A stretch of DNA of 64,000 bases from Candidatus Woesearchaeota archaeon (GCA_016192945.1 JACPTE010000024.1:16001-80000); one strand, 5' to 3'; counted from the first letter of the stretch, positions 39,838 through 49,920 are shown. Notes: generated by a model not told the origin, from the letters alone. A program made the numbers and translations.

Positions 39838-40339
39838 TCTTCTCAGTATATTTGTTGAATATCATGGCTCCGTCCAAGGCAAAAACGCCATTTGAAATAA
39901 GTTCTGTTACTTCAGAAGTGCTTGCGTGCCTTACTTCATCCACTTCACCCGTATGTAGCTCTATTTTTCCATTATAGACCAGCTTGAATACCCTTGTGTT
40001 CGTATTGTATGAATCAGACCTGTATTTGACATCAAACAGGTGTCTCAGCTCATTTACTGTATAACCATCTATGCCAAGCTCCTCTTTCAAGCCCCGTAAC
40101 GCAGCAGCTTCATAAGGCTCACTTCTCAATACAGTTTCAGACATGCCCAAATCCCAGCAGCCAGGGAATATATCCTTTGAGTCAGGTCTTTTCTGGACAA
40201 TGAACCTGCCAAAATAATCCACAATTATCACATATACTGTCCTGTGTATCAATGCTTTTTCATCAACATCTTTTCTTGTTGCCTTGCCAACTATTGCGTC
40301 TTCATCATTCACTATATCAATCATTTCTTCAGGAGTCAT
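39830..40339 (-). CDS. Nudix hydrolase (YfcD/Idi-like) with degenerate Nudix box
   Basis: EMIDIVN, LIHR, QKR..KDIFPGCWD, ETVLRSEPYEAAALRGLKEELG. Confidence 0.85.
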   Translation of the reverse strand: MTPEEMIDIVNDEDAIVGKATRKDVDEKALIHRTVYVIIVDYFGRFIVQKRPDSKDIFPGCWDLGMSETVLRSEPYEAAALRGLKEELGIDGYTVNELRHLFDVKYRSDSYNTNTRVFKLVYNGKIELHTGEVDEVRHASTSEVTELISNGVFALDGAMIFNKYTEKSE

Positions 40340-41118
40340 TTTTTTCTAACTGCTGCTATCAGGTAGTGTCTTTTAACAATGAATTTAGGATGCATTTCAA
40401 AAGTCCTTTTCAGAGCAGCAGCCAATATGCTGTATCTTTTTTTGAATGGGATTTCCAATATCTTTTCACTTCTCCAGGGTATTTTATAATAGTCCATGAG
40501 GAATTTCAGATTATTTTTTCCCAGGGGAAGAATGCTCCAGCGCAAAACCCTGAATTTGCCCTTTCGCAGGGCTTCCTTAAATGCCTTATTCCTGGAATTA
40601 GGGTAATCCAGATAAGCCTTCTTACCAATATCCCTTTTTTCCAACTCAACCTTAATATTTCTTTCAAGTTCCTTTTTGAACTCATTGCTTGCCTTGTCTA
40701 TGCCAATTGTTATTCCAGTCCTGTACAAAGGTACGGCAAAAATCAAAAGGCCTTTTGGCTTCAGAATCTTGCTAATTGATGAGATGGCCTTATTTATTCT
40801 TGTAAACTGCAGCACAAGGCTTGCAAATACAACATCAACAGGCTCTTTTATCATAGAAATCTTCTCAGCAGGCAGCTTTCGGATAGTGATGTTTTGCTTG
40901 CGGAATTTCATTCTGCAATATGCAACCATATCGGTGCTTTTGTCAATAGCTATTATTTTTCCTTTCTTTCCAACCTGCTTGTGCAGCAGGTTCAGGTAAA
41001 TTCCGGTCCCGCAACCCATGTCAACTACTGTATCGCCTTTTTTTATGCGATTTTTTATTTCTGATACCATGGGCTTTAGCATGAAAGCATGCTTTTTGTA
41101 CAGCTGCGATATTCTCAT
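40336..41118 (-). CDS. Class I SAM-dependent methyltransferase
   Basis: VVDMGCGTG, IAIDKS..M, VDVVFASLVLQF, LKPKG. Confidence 0.88.
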   Translation of the reverse strand: MRISQLYKKHAFMLKPMVSEIKNRIKKGDTVVDMGCGTGIYLNLLHKQVGKKGKIIAIDKSTDMVAYCRMKFRKQNITIRKLPAEKISMIKEPVDVVFASLVLQFTRINKAISSISKILKPKGLLIFAVPLYRTGITIGIDKASNEFKKELERNIKVELEKRDIGKKAYLDYPNSRNKAFKEALRKGKFRVLRWSILPLGKNNLKFLMDYYKIPWRSEKILEIPFKKRYSILAAALKRTFEMHPKFIVKRHYLIAAVRKK

Positions 41119-42182
41119 TTCATCATCCCCAAAAACTCATCAAACAAAAATCCAGCGTCAACAGGGCCTGGAGTTGCCTCCGGGTGAAATTGGACGCTGA
41201 AGAAAGGCTTGTTCCTGTGCCTTAGCCCCTCGTTAGTGCCGTCATTGGCATTAATGAATGATTCCTCCCATCCTGATGGCATTTTCTTCATGTTGACTGC
41301 AAACCCGTGATTCTGGGAAGTTATATAGCATCTTTTTGTCTGGATATTGCTGCATGGCTGGTTCTGGCCCCTGTGGCCATATTTCAGCTTGTACGTATCT
41401 CCGCCTGCTGCCAAGGCCAGAATCTGGTTGCCCAGGCATATCCCGAATATTGGCATTTCCAGCTTCATCGCTGAGGCAACATTCCTTATCGTTTCCCTGC
41501 ACATCTTCGGGTCCCCAGGGCCGTTGCTTATTACCATGCCATCAAAAGTTTCCCTCGTGAAGTCATAATCCCATGGAACCCTTATTACTGTGCAGTTTCT
41601 TTCAGCGAGGTTCCTGATTATGCTGTTTTTCACTCCGCAATCAACCAGCAGTATCTTCCTGCTGCCTTTTTCGTTGTAGACAATTTTCTTTTTGACAGAA
41701 ACTTCAGCAACAAGATTGCGCTTGTTTGGGTCGTCAATAGGAGCGTCTTTGTTGCTTACGGTTAATTTTCCGAGCATTACCCCCTTTTCCCTTAGCTTCT
41801 TTGTCAAGGCTCTGGTGTCAACGCCATGAATGGCAGGTATATTGTGCTCCTTCAGCCACTCTGAAAGGCTTTTGGCAGCTTTCCAGTGGCTGTAATCAGG
41901 GGAGTAATCAGCAATTATAAGGCCGCTTGCCTGGATTTTATCTGACTCAAAATGCCTTGATAGCCCAAAAGAATCCCTCTCGTCAGCAGGAACCCCGTAA
42001 TTCCCAATAAGCGGGTAAGTTAGAACAAGAATCTGCCCCTTATAGCTGGGGTCGGTCAGGCTTTCAGGATAGCCAACCATTCCTGTGTTGAACACGACCT
42101 CGCCAGAAACAGATGTGCCTGCACCGAAAGAAACGCCATTAAAACGAGTTTTGTCTTCAAGCTCAATATAGCCAGTCATCAA
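41115..42182 (-). CDS. carA: Carbamoyl-phosphate synthase small subunit
   Basis: GEVVFNTGMVGY.ESLTDPSY, SNGPGDP, FGICLGNQ, TSQNHGF, QFHPE. Confidence 0.98.
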   Translation of the reverse strand: MMTGYIELEDKTRFNGVSFGAGTSVSGEVVFNTGMVGYPESLTDPSYKGQILVLTYPLIGNYGVPADERDSFGLSRHFESDKIQASGLIIADYSPDYSHWKAAKSLSEWLKEHNIPAIHGVDTRALTKKLREKGVMLGKLTVSNKDAPIDDPNKRNLVAEVSVKKKIVYNEKGSRKILLVDCGVKNSIIRNLAERNCTVIRVPWDYDFTRETFDGMVISNGPGDPKMCRETIRNVASAMKLEMPIFGICLGNQILALAAGGDTYKLKYGHRGQNQPCSNIQTKRCYITSQNHGFAVNMKKMPSGWEESFINANDGTNEGLRHRNKPFFSVQFHPEATPGPVDAGFLFDEFLGMMK

Positions 42183-42267
42183 AAAAAAGAGAAAATAAGT
42201 CCATGTTTATAAATTTATAGGTGAGTATGTTAATTTTTATAAATCAGTGCTCATTATCCTGCCTAAA

Positions 42268-42789
42268 ATGGGGATTGACCTGGAAGCAATAGCGAGTATG
42301 GGGTATGATGCTGAATCTCCATTAGAGCTTGATATGTCTCCTGGGGGAATCAGGGGAATAAGCCGCATTGCCTGGGGGTTATATAGTGGCAGCCGCATGA
42401 ACGACGGCTTGCTGGTCTTACACGGGCCATCAGTCCTTGAAAGAAGAAGCGAGTTTGGGATAGCAAAGCTATTATGGGCAGGCAATGGCCTCAATGAGAA
42501 TTATTTTGCAATATCAGGCTTGGGGCATGGAAGGATGGGAGTTGCTATCCTCCAGATAGGCAATCCCGAGTTTATTAATGGAAGGAGGATAATAGGGATA
42601 GGCGAGAATTACACCTTCAGGCTATTTCCTGATCGTGGTGTCTTTCTTGAGGCAGCTACCCTAAAACCCCTTGCAGCAAGCAGCACCAACCTTTTTTATT
42701 ATGCTGGCGCAAGCGTCCTTTTTTATCCATTGGAAAGTATGGAAGGCATTCCCCAGCAGCAGCTACAGCCCGCCGATAATCAGCCCTAG
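42268..42789 (+). CDS. Hypothetical protein, divergent from carA
   Basis: ORF downstream of TTTTTATAAA (about 42234-42243); start set at ATG 42268; 3' end overlaps the pyrB 3' end by 27 nt. Confidence 0.5.
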   Translation: MGIDLEAIASMGYDAESPLELDMSPGGIRGISRIAWGLYSGSRMNDGLLVLHGPSVLERRSEFGIAKLLWAGNGLNENYFAISGLGHGRMGVAILQIGNPEFINGRRIIGIGENYTFRLFPDRGVFLEAATLKPLAASSTNLFYYAGASVLFYPLESMEGIPQQQLQPADNQP

Positions 42790-43683
42790 AAGCGCCATTC
42801 TTACTGGTATGCCGTTGTGAGCCTGCTGGAAGTATATGCTTTGCCTTGCCTCGTCCAGCCCGGGGTTTATCTCATCCACTCTTGGAAGCGGGTGTAGTAT
42901 TTTCATTTCAGGCTTTGCATGCCTCAGGAATGATGTATCAAGCTTGTAGAATCCCTTTACCTTTGCATAGTCCTCTGAGTTGAGGAATCTTTCCTTTTGG
43001 ATTCTGGTTACATAAAGTATGTCCAGTTCCCTGCTTACCTTCGTCAGCTCTTCCTCCTCAACATAGCTTATTCCAGAGGATTCCATCTCCTTGATGTATT
43101 TCTCAGGCAATTTGAGGGATGGGGGTGATATGAAGTAGAACTTCGGGCTGAAATGGGAGAGTGCGTGCGTGAGGCTGTGGACTGTTCTTCCGAATTTCAG
43201 GTCTCCCAGGAATCCTATGTTGAGCCCCTGCAGGGTGCCTTTTGTCTGCATTATCGTGAACAGGTCAACAAATGTCTGGGTAGGGTGCTCGTTTGTGCCG
43301 TCACCTGCGTTTATTATGGGGTTTGATGCTGCTTCGGCAGCTTTACTGACAGAGCCTGCTTCAGGATGCCTCATCACAATAACATCACAGTATCCATCAA
43401 CAATCCTTATTGTGTCGTGTGTTGTCTCCCCCTTTGAAATGGATGTATTGTCAGGCTCTGAAAATCCTATCACAGAGCCTCCAAGCCTGTGCATTGCAGC
43501 CTCAAAGCTCAGTCTTGTCCTGGTTGATGGCTCAAAGAATAGTGATGCCATTATCCTGCCTTTCAGAAGCCCTGAGTATTTGCTTCTGTCAGCCTGTATT
43601 TTGGCTGCAACATCAATTATGTGCAATAGTTCCTGCTTGGAGAAGTCCCTTATTGATATTATATCCCTGTTTTGGAAGCCCAT
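42763..43683 (-). CDS. pyrB: Aspartate carbamoyltransferase catalytic subunit
   Basis: FFEPSTRTRLSFE, NAGDG..EHPTQ, RIQKER, HPLPRVDEI. Confidence 0.98.
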   Translation of the reverse strand: MGFQNRDIISIRDFSKQELLHIIDVAAKIQADRSKYSGLLKGRIMASLFFEPSTRTRLSFEAAMHRLGGSVIGFSEPDNTSISKGETTHDTIRIVDGYCDVIVMRHPEAGSVSKAAEAASNPIINAGDGTNEHPTQTFVDLFTIMQTKGTLQGLNIGFLGDLKFGRTVHSLTHALSHFSPKFYFISPPSLKLPEKYIKEMESSGISYVEEEELTKVSRELDILYVTRIQKERFLNSEDYAKVKGFYKLDTSFLRHAKPEMKILHPLPRVDEINPGLDEARQSIYFQQAHNGIPVRMALLGLIIGGL

Positions 43684-43789
43684 TAAAAAAACAAGAGTAT
43701 CAAGCTTAGTTTATAAAGTTTATTTATTTTTTGTGGTGTTTGAAAAATCTGCCTATAATTTTATAAACATGAGCACCCAGTTAACGCTG

Positions 43790-46768
43790 ATGGTCGGCAG
43801 CAGGCTTCACAATTTGTTTTTCATTGTTTGTGTCTCAATAATTGGCTTTCTGATGTTTTTTTTCATAAAGGTTTCATTCACAGGGTATGGTGTCTATGAG
43901 GAAAACCTGAAGACGTGGGATTTCAGCCAGCCAGCAGATTACTCATTTGATGCCTTATTGATAAATTTCAGCAGCGGGGTGAGGCTGCAGTCTGTCACGA
44001 TTATGACCCCTGCAACAGGCGTAACTACAAACAGGACTTCAGTCACAGCTGCCTACAAGATTGATGATGACAATGAAAGCGAGCTGGTAACTGGCAAGGT
44101 AACGGCTCTTGATGATTTATATGTCAACAATGGGAAAGATGACCTGCTTAATGTCTCTTTTGGCAGCCTGCTCAATAATGGAGACAATCTGTCGTTCTAT
44201 ATTGACCCCTCAAAGGCAGGCAAGATTCGGATTTGCCTGTCTGGAAGCTGCGCCTCCCCTGGATACGGCGAGGCCTCATTCAGCAAGTCAACTGGCTGGG
44301 TTTCAATAAGGCTTTCCAGCCTTCCTTCAGGCTCAAGCTCGTTCTTGATTGACACTGATTCAAGTGTCAAGTTTGATTATATCTATTCAAACTACACAGA
44401 CAGCTACAATTATTCTGTTCCAGGCAGTTCGTACACTGGCAGTGGAGAGATTGAGACAGCTGACTTTTCGCCATCAGGGGTTTCAATGTGGAATGTCTTC
44501 AATGCCTATGGAACCATGAACCAGCAAACATTGGCTTACAGCTACTCAACTGACTCAGGCGTGTCCTGGGTTTCAATAAGCAATGGCTCCAACATGTCAC
44601 TGCCTGCTTCGTCAGGGAAAATCAGGCTTAAGGCAGCACTCTCCAGCGATGGGACGTCAACGCCTGTGTTAAGCTCCATGAGCATATCATACTCCAGGCT
44701 GTTGTGCAGCGAGGATTGGAGGGCTGTTTATGGCACCTGCCTTGTGAATGACTCAAGATTGAAGACGTACAGTGATGCTAATAATTGCAGGACTTCCGAT
44801 GGCCTGCCTTCTGACAACAGTACTTATGTGCAGTGCGACTACTGCACGCCATCATGGGCTGAGCTGAACAGGAGCTGCCTTGTCAATGATACGCTTTTTT
44901 CATATTTCAGCGACACAAACAGCTGCTTTCCATTTACAGGGCTGGCTTCAGACAATAACCCCCCGGCAAACAAGAGTTATGCCTGCGATTATTGCACCCC
45001 GCATATAGCTTTCTTCAACACATCATGCCGGGCTGACGATACTCTGGTCATGTATGCGAACGACAGCAATGGATGTTATTCATTTACAGGGATTGCATCT
45101 GATAATGTGCCTGGCAATGTGACTTTAGGATGCGACTACTGCACGCCATCATGGGCATGCAGCAGCTATTCTTCATGCAGCATTGCTGGAAGGAGGGCAT
45201 GCACTGGTGCGGTGGATGTAAAGTCGTGCTATCAGCTTACAGGGCTTTTGGCAGATTCCTATCAGGGTAACTATTCTGAGTTTGACTCGCAGTGCTTTAA
45301 TGAAGCTGCATCTTTCATGGTTGCAGGGTTTGACATCGCCCCAAGAAGCGCTGAATCCGGGAAAAACATAACAGTGGTTGTCAAAATTTCGGACATGCCC
45401 AAGGTTAGCTCTGCATTTTTGGAAGCCTATGGCTCTGGGCGCATGAAAGCCCTTTCTGTCCAGGGAATGGCTGGCAACAGCACATTCAGGTTCATAATCC
45501 CGACCAGTTCCCTCAATAAGGGCATTTACACTATGAGAGTTAATGCATCAGACTATTACAACAACTCTGCATTGTTTGATATTGATGCCTTTGCAGTTTC
45601 AGGCTCATTAAGTTCTCTCATGAAGAGCGCTGTTGAAGGGAAGAATTTAATTTCAAACGACGCTGAAAGAAAGGTGAGCACGTCAATAAATTTCAGCAAA
45701 AGCGTGAATGGCACTGTTTTTGTAGCGACCTATAATGAAAGCACGAAGAACGAAACGCCTGCCTCCAAAAAGCAGCTCCATAAGTATGTTGAGATAATTC
45801 CTGACGAGTCAATAAGGCCCAGCATATTGGCGGTAACAATAAGGATAAACTACTCTGATGATGAGCTGTCTGTCTGGAATATTGATGCCAGCAGCCTGGC
45901 AATATACTATTACAATGAGTCCTCTTCAGTTTGGGAAAGGCAGGAATCATCTGTCAACTTGACAGGCCATTATGTAGAGGCAGTTGTAGCCCACGCAAGC
46001 CTCTTTGGGGTTTTTGGTGACCCTGCAAATGCGCCTATCGCAAGCGCTCCAAATGGTGATGGCAGCAGCGGCTCAGATGGAGGGGGCGCTGATGGATGCC
46101 AATCTATCCAAGAATGCCCTGGCTCTTCAGGTTCAGGGCCTGTGGCTAATGAAACCAACCAAAGCATAGGAAGCAGGAAGGGAGAAACTGAAAAGCTCAT
46201 TCCTGACTCTCAAAGAATCCTGGCCATTTCAGGCAACACCACTGCAAGAGCCAATGCCTCAGGATTGGCTGGAAAGGGAGCTGGCTGCGATTACAGCATG
46301 GTTATTGACCTCCCTTCAAATATTTCAATGGTAAGGGAAAATTACTTTATTGGAAGGTTCTCAAGCTCAGGCCAGTGCAGCATTGATGAGGTTGAGATGG
46401 TGCTCAAGGGGCCTGTAACTGATATTGTGTCAATAAATTACAGTACGGGCTCTTCAGGCTTCTTGAGGCTGAATTCAAAGCAGGCAAACGCCAATGCTCT
46501 CAGGGGGCTGCCTGTTGGCCTGATTGTCAACTCACGGGATATCCCGAAGAGGACTTATACAGGCAGCTTAATAGTCAGGGGAATTGTCAACAGGAGTGTT
46601 GTGTCTGAAGAATCCCTGCCCTTGTCTGTTGAGATCGGCGAATCCAGGGCTGGCAGCTCATTTGAAGTCCCGCCTGCTGCATGGATTGTTGCAGCAGGAT
46701 GCATAGTCAGCATCATAAGCCTGCTGCTCCTTCGGAGAATTGCCAAAAGGAAAAAGAAAGGAAGATAG
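43790..46768 (+). CDS. Large cell-surface glycoprotein with Cys-rich repeats and C-terminal TM anchor
   Basis: True start ATG 43790, 29 nt after TTATAA (the track ORF start 43169 is antisense to pyrB). N-terminal TM plus TGYGV, many N-x-S/T sequons, CDYCTP repeats, Gly/Ser linker, C-terminal TM and KRKKKGR. Confidence 0.85.
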   Translation: MVGSRLHNLFFIVCVSIIGFLMFFFIKVSFTGYGVYEENLKTWDFSQPADYSFDALLINFSSGVRLQSVTIMTPATGVTTNRTSVTAAYKIDDDNESELVTGKVTALDDLYVNNGKDDLLNVSFGSLLNNGDNLSFYIDPSKAGKIRICLSGSCASPGYGEASFSKSTGWVSIRLSSLPSGSSSFLIDTDSSVKFDYIYSNYTDSYNYSVPGSSYTGSGEIETADFSPSGVSMWNVFNAYGTMNQQTLAYSYSTDSGVSWVSISNGSNMSLPASSGKIRLKAALSSDGTSTPVLSSMSISYSRLLCSEDWRAVYGTCLVNDSRLKTYSDANNCRTSDGLPSDNSTYVQCDYCTPSWAELNRSCLVNDTLFSYFSDTNSCFPFTGLASDNNPPANKSYACDYCTPHIAFFNTSCRADDTLVMYANDSNGCYSFTGIASDNVPGNVTLGCDYCTPSWACSSYSSCSIAGRRACTGAVDVKSCYQLTGLLADSYQGNYSEFDSQCFNEAASFMVAGFDIAPRSAESGKNITVVVKISDMPKVSSAFLEAYGSGRMKALSVQGMAGNSTFRFIIPTSSLNKGIYTMRVNASDYYNNSALFDIDAFAVSGSLSSLMKSAVEGKNLISNDAERKVSTSINFSKSVNGTVFVATYNESTKNETPASKKQLHKYVEIIPDESIRPSILAVTIRINYSDDELSVWNIDASSLAIYYYNESSSVWERQESSVNLTGHYVEAVVAHASLFGVFGDPANAPIASAPNGDGSSGSDGGGADGCQSIQECPGSSGSGPVANETNQSIGSRKGETEKLIPDSQRILAISGNTTARANASGLAGKGAGCDYSMVIDLPSNISMVRENYFIGRFSSSGQCSIDEVEMVLKGPVTDIVSINYSTGSSGFLRLNSKQANANALRGLPVGLIVNSRDIPKRTYTGSLIVRGIVNRSVVSEESLPLSVEIGESRAGSSFEVPPAAWIVAAGCIVSIISLLLLRRIAKRKKKGR
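44834..45156 (+). repeat. Intragenic repeat encoding CDYCTPSWA
   Basis: Identical 26-mer TGCGACTACTGCACGCCATCATGGGC at 44834-44859 and 45131-45156; a diverged copy near 44984. Confidence 0.85.
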
Positions 46769-47968
46769 TCAATCCTGCTTTTTTTTATTGATGCCTGATG
46801 CTACTTCCTGGTACGCCTCCCTGAACGGCATTCCCTGCTTTACCAGCTTTGCAGCCTCCTCAGCGGTATAAAGCTCAGAAGTCATAGCTTCCCTGCATCT
46901 TTTCTCATTTACTTTCAAGCCATTGATTATCTGTGCCATTATATCTGCTGATGACCCTGCCATCTCTATGCCATTGAACAAAGGCTCTTTCGTGAGCTTA
47001 AAGTCTCCATTATAGCCTGAAGGGAGATTAAGGATAATGTTGTTTACAGCATCGCAATAGCTCTTCATCATGCCTGCCTTAGCCCGCGCAATTTCAAGCA
47101 CGTCAGGGTTTGCCTTATGGGGCATTATGGAGCTGCCCATTGAGAATTCCTTCGGAAGCTCAAAGTAGCCGAATTCAGATGACGTGAAAAGCCATAAGTC
47201 TGTTGACAGCTTGTTTATGTCAAGCATAAGATTGTTCAGGGAATTTAATACCATGAGCTCAAACTTACCGCGGCTGTTCTGGACGTAAAGCGTGTTGTTC
47301 TGGACCTTGTCAAAGCCGAGAAGCTTTTGGGTCAGGTTCCTGTCAATGTTTAGGACCGGCACGCCATATCCCGCAGCGCTGCCCAATGGATTCTGGTTTA
47401 TCAGCTTCTTTGATGAATTTATCAGAGCAAGGTCATCCCGGAATGATTCTGAAAAAGCCTCTGCCCATTTTCCAACAGCATAGGGCATCGCCTTGCGGAG
47501 GTGGGTGTATCCTGGAATTGGAATTTTGCTGTTCTTGCTGCTGAACTTGTTTAGCTCTTCAATCAATCTGCTGACAGCAGAAATAATTTCCTCAAGCTCG
47601 TGCCTTTCGTAAAGCCTCAAAGCAACAATTATCTGGTCGTTCCTTGAGCGGCCTGTGTGGATTTTCTTGCCTAGCTTCCCTAGCTTTTTTGTAAGATGGT
47701 TTTCAATAGCAGTATGGCAGTCCTCCTGCTCTACAGTGATTTTAAACTCGCCTTTGCTGTCCAGGAGCATTATCTCCTCAAGCCCCGCAATCAGCTGTGA
47801 CAATTCAGTTTTATTCAGTATGCCTGCCTTGTGCAGTGCTTTGGCATGGGCAATGCTTGCAATGCAGTCATATTTGACCAGCTTCTGGTCTATTATGTTC
47901 TCGTTGCCAACTGTGAACTTCTCTATTGCCTTGTCAATGTTGAAATCTTTCTTTTGCCAGAGCTTCAT
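46769..47968 (-). CDS. argH: Argininosuccinate lyase
   Basis: MKLW, EDCHTAIE, HTGRSRNDQ, PGYTHL, GSSIMPHKANPD. Confidence 0.96.
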   Translation of the reverse strand: MKLWQKKDFNIDKAIEKFTVGNENIIDQKLVKYDCIASIAHAKALHKAGILNKTELSQLIAGLEEIMLLDSKGEFKITVEQEDCHTAIENHLTKKLGKLGKKIHTGRSRNDQIIVALRLYERHELEEIISAVSRLIEELNKFSSKNSKIPIPGYTHLRKAMPYAVGKWAEAFSESFRDDLALINSSKKLINQNPLGSAAGYGVPVLNIDRNLTQKLLGFDKVQNNTLYVQNSRGKFELMVLNSLNNLMLDINKLSTDLWLFTSSEFGYFELPKEFSMGSSIMPHKANPDVLEIARAKAGMMKSYCDAVNNIILNLPSGYNGDFKLTKEPLFNGIEMAGSSADIMAQIINGLKVNEKRCREAMTSELYTAEEAAKLVKQGMPFREAYQEVASGINKKKQD

Positions 47969-47991
47969 CTTGCCTCATTTTTATGGTTGTA

Positions 47992-49263
47992 TTAATAATA
48001 CTTCTTAATTTTATCAGATTTAGTTTTTACCTGATTGGCGAGCTTCATCTGGAAGCTCCACAGCTCAATGAATCCTGCACTCGCATTCTGGTTGAAAGAG
48101 TAGTCTTTCATGAATGTAACAAGGTTCTTGTCATAAAGCGCATTTTCAGAGTAAATAGCAACAGCTTCTGCCTTGCCCTTGTAAAGCTTTACAGTGACTG
48201 AGCCATTAACCTTTTCATTCAGCTTATTGCAGAAAATGTTTAGTTCATCTATCAACGGCTCAAGCCAGAATCCCCCATAGCAAAGATATGCCCATTTAGT
48301 GTCCACAATGCTCTTGAACTCGTTCTCCTGCCTTGTGCAGACATATTTCTCAATTACCTTGTGCGCCTCCAATATGATGGCTGCTGCCGGCATTTCGTAA
48401 ATGTCACGGTTCTTAAGACCAACAACCCTGTCTTCAATATGATAGCTTATCCCAATGCCGTGCTTTGCTCCTATCTTTGCCAATAACAGGATAATATCAG
48501 AAAGCTTCATTATTTTCCCTTCAACAGCAACAGGAAGTCCTTTCTCAAAATCAATCTTTATTAATTCGGGCTTGTCTGGAGCATTCTCAGGGGTGTTGCA
48601 TACAGCGAGTATTTTTTCAGCAGGAGGGATAAGACTGGGATCCTCAATTTCACCTGATTCTGCACTTGAGCCCCACATATTGTCATCATAGCTGTAAGGC
48701 TTGTCCTTGGTTGCTTTTACGGGAATGTTATTTTTCTTGGCATATTCAATCTCCTCATCCCTTCCCATGCTCCATTCACGGACTGGAGCGATGACTTTTA
48801 TCTTTGGACTGATGGTTATGGCAGTTGCTTCAATCCTCACCTGGTCATTTCCTTTTCCTGTGCATCCGTGTGCAATCGCATCTGCGCCTTCCTTTTCAGC
48901 TATTTCAACAGCAATCTTTGCAAGCAATGGCCTGCCCATTGCAGTTGCAAGATGATAAGCGCCCTGATATGAGGCATTGGCTTTTATGCCCTTTGCAACA
49001 TAATTATTAGCAAACTCGTCCTTGGCATCGACTACAAAAGCCTTTTTTGCACCAAGCTTTAATGCCTTTTTCCGGATTTCCTCCAAATCGTCACTATGCT
49101 GCCCAAGATCAACTGTGAGCGCAATTACCTCTGCATTATATTCCTCCTGAATCCACTTAAGCATTACAGAAGTGTCCAATCCGCCTGAATAAAGCAAAAC
49201 TACTTTCTTGACCTGTCCTTTTTCAGCTTCATAGCTTGCAACTTTGGAATATTCTTTTTTCAT
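47992..49263 (-). CDS. argG: Argininosuccinate synthase
   Basis: LYSGGLDTS, AHGCTGKGNDQVR, YS.DDNMWG, EDRVVGLK.R. Confidence 0.97.
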   Translation of the reverse strand: MKKEYSKVASYEAEKGQVKKVVLLYSGGLDTSVMLKWIQEEYNAEVIALTVDLGQHSDDLEEIRKKALKLGAKKAFVVDAKDEFANNYVAKGIKANASYQGAYHLATAMGRPLLAKIAVEIAEKEGADAIAHGCTGKGNDQVRIEATAITISPKIKVIAPVREWSMGRDEEIEYAKKNNIPVKATKDKPYSYDDNMWGSSAESGEIEDPSLIPPAEKILAVCNTPENAPDKPELIKIDFEKGLPVAVEGKIMKLSDIILLLAKIGAKHGIGISYHIEDRVVGLKNRDIYEMPAAAIILEAHKVIEKYVCTRQENEFKSIVDTKWAYLCYGGFWLEPLIDELNIFCNKLNEKVNGSVTVKLYKGKAEAVAIYSENALYDKNLVTFMKDYSFNQNASAGFIELWSFQMKLANQVKTKSDKIKKYY

Positions 49264-49274
49264 TTTTCCTCCAC

Positions 49275-49826
49275 TTATTTGAGCGTCATTATCATGGGTA
49301 TCTCATCACACAGTCCGTATTCCATGAGCCTACAGTCAGCGCAATCCTGCTGGTATTTTGAAGCAGGGAAATTTTGTGCTGTAACAAAGCCCCATCTTTC
49401 AAAAATAGGAACATTTTCTCTTTTCGTCAAGGTAAGCATCTGGGAGTGCCCCCTTGCCAAGGCCTCTTCTGCAACTGCCCTGACAAGCAATCCGCCAATG
49501 CCTCTTTTCTGGTATTGCCCATCAACAGCAAGAGTCCTCATTTCCGCAATATCTGCATATTCAACCAATGAATTGCATCCTATTATCCTGGGATTAGCAG
49601 CTACATAAAAGCCGTTCTGTAAAGTAACCTCGATCACCCTTTGCTCAGTTATTGGAAGTAGCATTCCTTTTGCCTCCAAAAAGCCGTTTGAAGCTATTGA
49701 AAACTTGTACTTGTCTGCCCAAGCCTTGATTTGAGGAGCATCAGCTAAGATAGCCTGCCTTACAATGCATGCAGCTGAAAAATCCGTTCCTCCACCGACT
49801 AATGCAAGGTCTTCTATCGTTGCCAT
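49275..49826 (-). CDS. GNAT acetyltransferase, short ArgA-like (paralog 1)
   Basis: AEMRTLAVD..YQKRGIGG; C-terminal DCADC...CDEIPM. Start moved to ATG 49826 because the upstream in-frame part is the promoter element. Confidence 0.82.
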   Translation of the reverse strand: MATIEDLALVGGGTDFSAACIVRQAILADAPQIKAWADKYKFSIASNGFLEAKGMLLPITEQRVIEVTLQNGFYVAANPRIIGCNSLVEYADIAEMRTLAVDGQYQKRGIGGLLVRAVAEEALARGHSQMLTLTKRENVPIFERWGFVTAQNFPASKYQQDCADCRLMEYGLCDEIPMIMTLK

Positions 49827-49849
49827 GTTTTCGGGAATCATCAATTGAT

Positions 49850-49906
49850 TTATAAGCCTATTGACCAAAACAGGACAAATAAGACATAGTTGTCTTAAAT
49901 AGGACA
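49850..49906 (-). promoter_or_regulatory. Arginine-cluster promoter/operator element, copy 1 (GNAT-argG-argH)
   Basis: TTATAA 49850-49855; palindromes TGACCAAAACAGGACA 49862-49877 and TGTCTTAAATAGGACA 49891-49906. Confidence 0.85.
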
Positions 49907-49920
49907 TCTACTTATTTGTC

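Noticed and set aside
43169-43789. 200-aa N-terminal extension of the 1199-aa ORF
   Set aside because: Antisense to pyrB and crosses the divergent promoter; the real start is ATG 43790.
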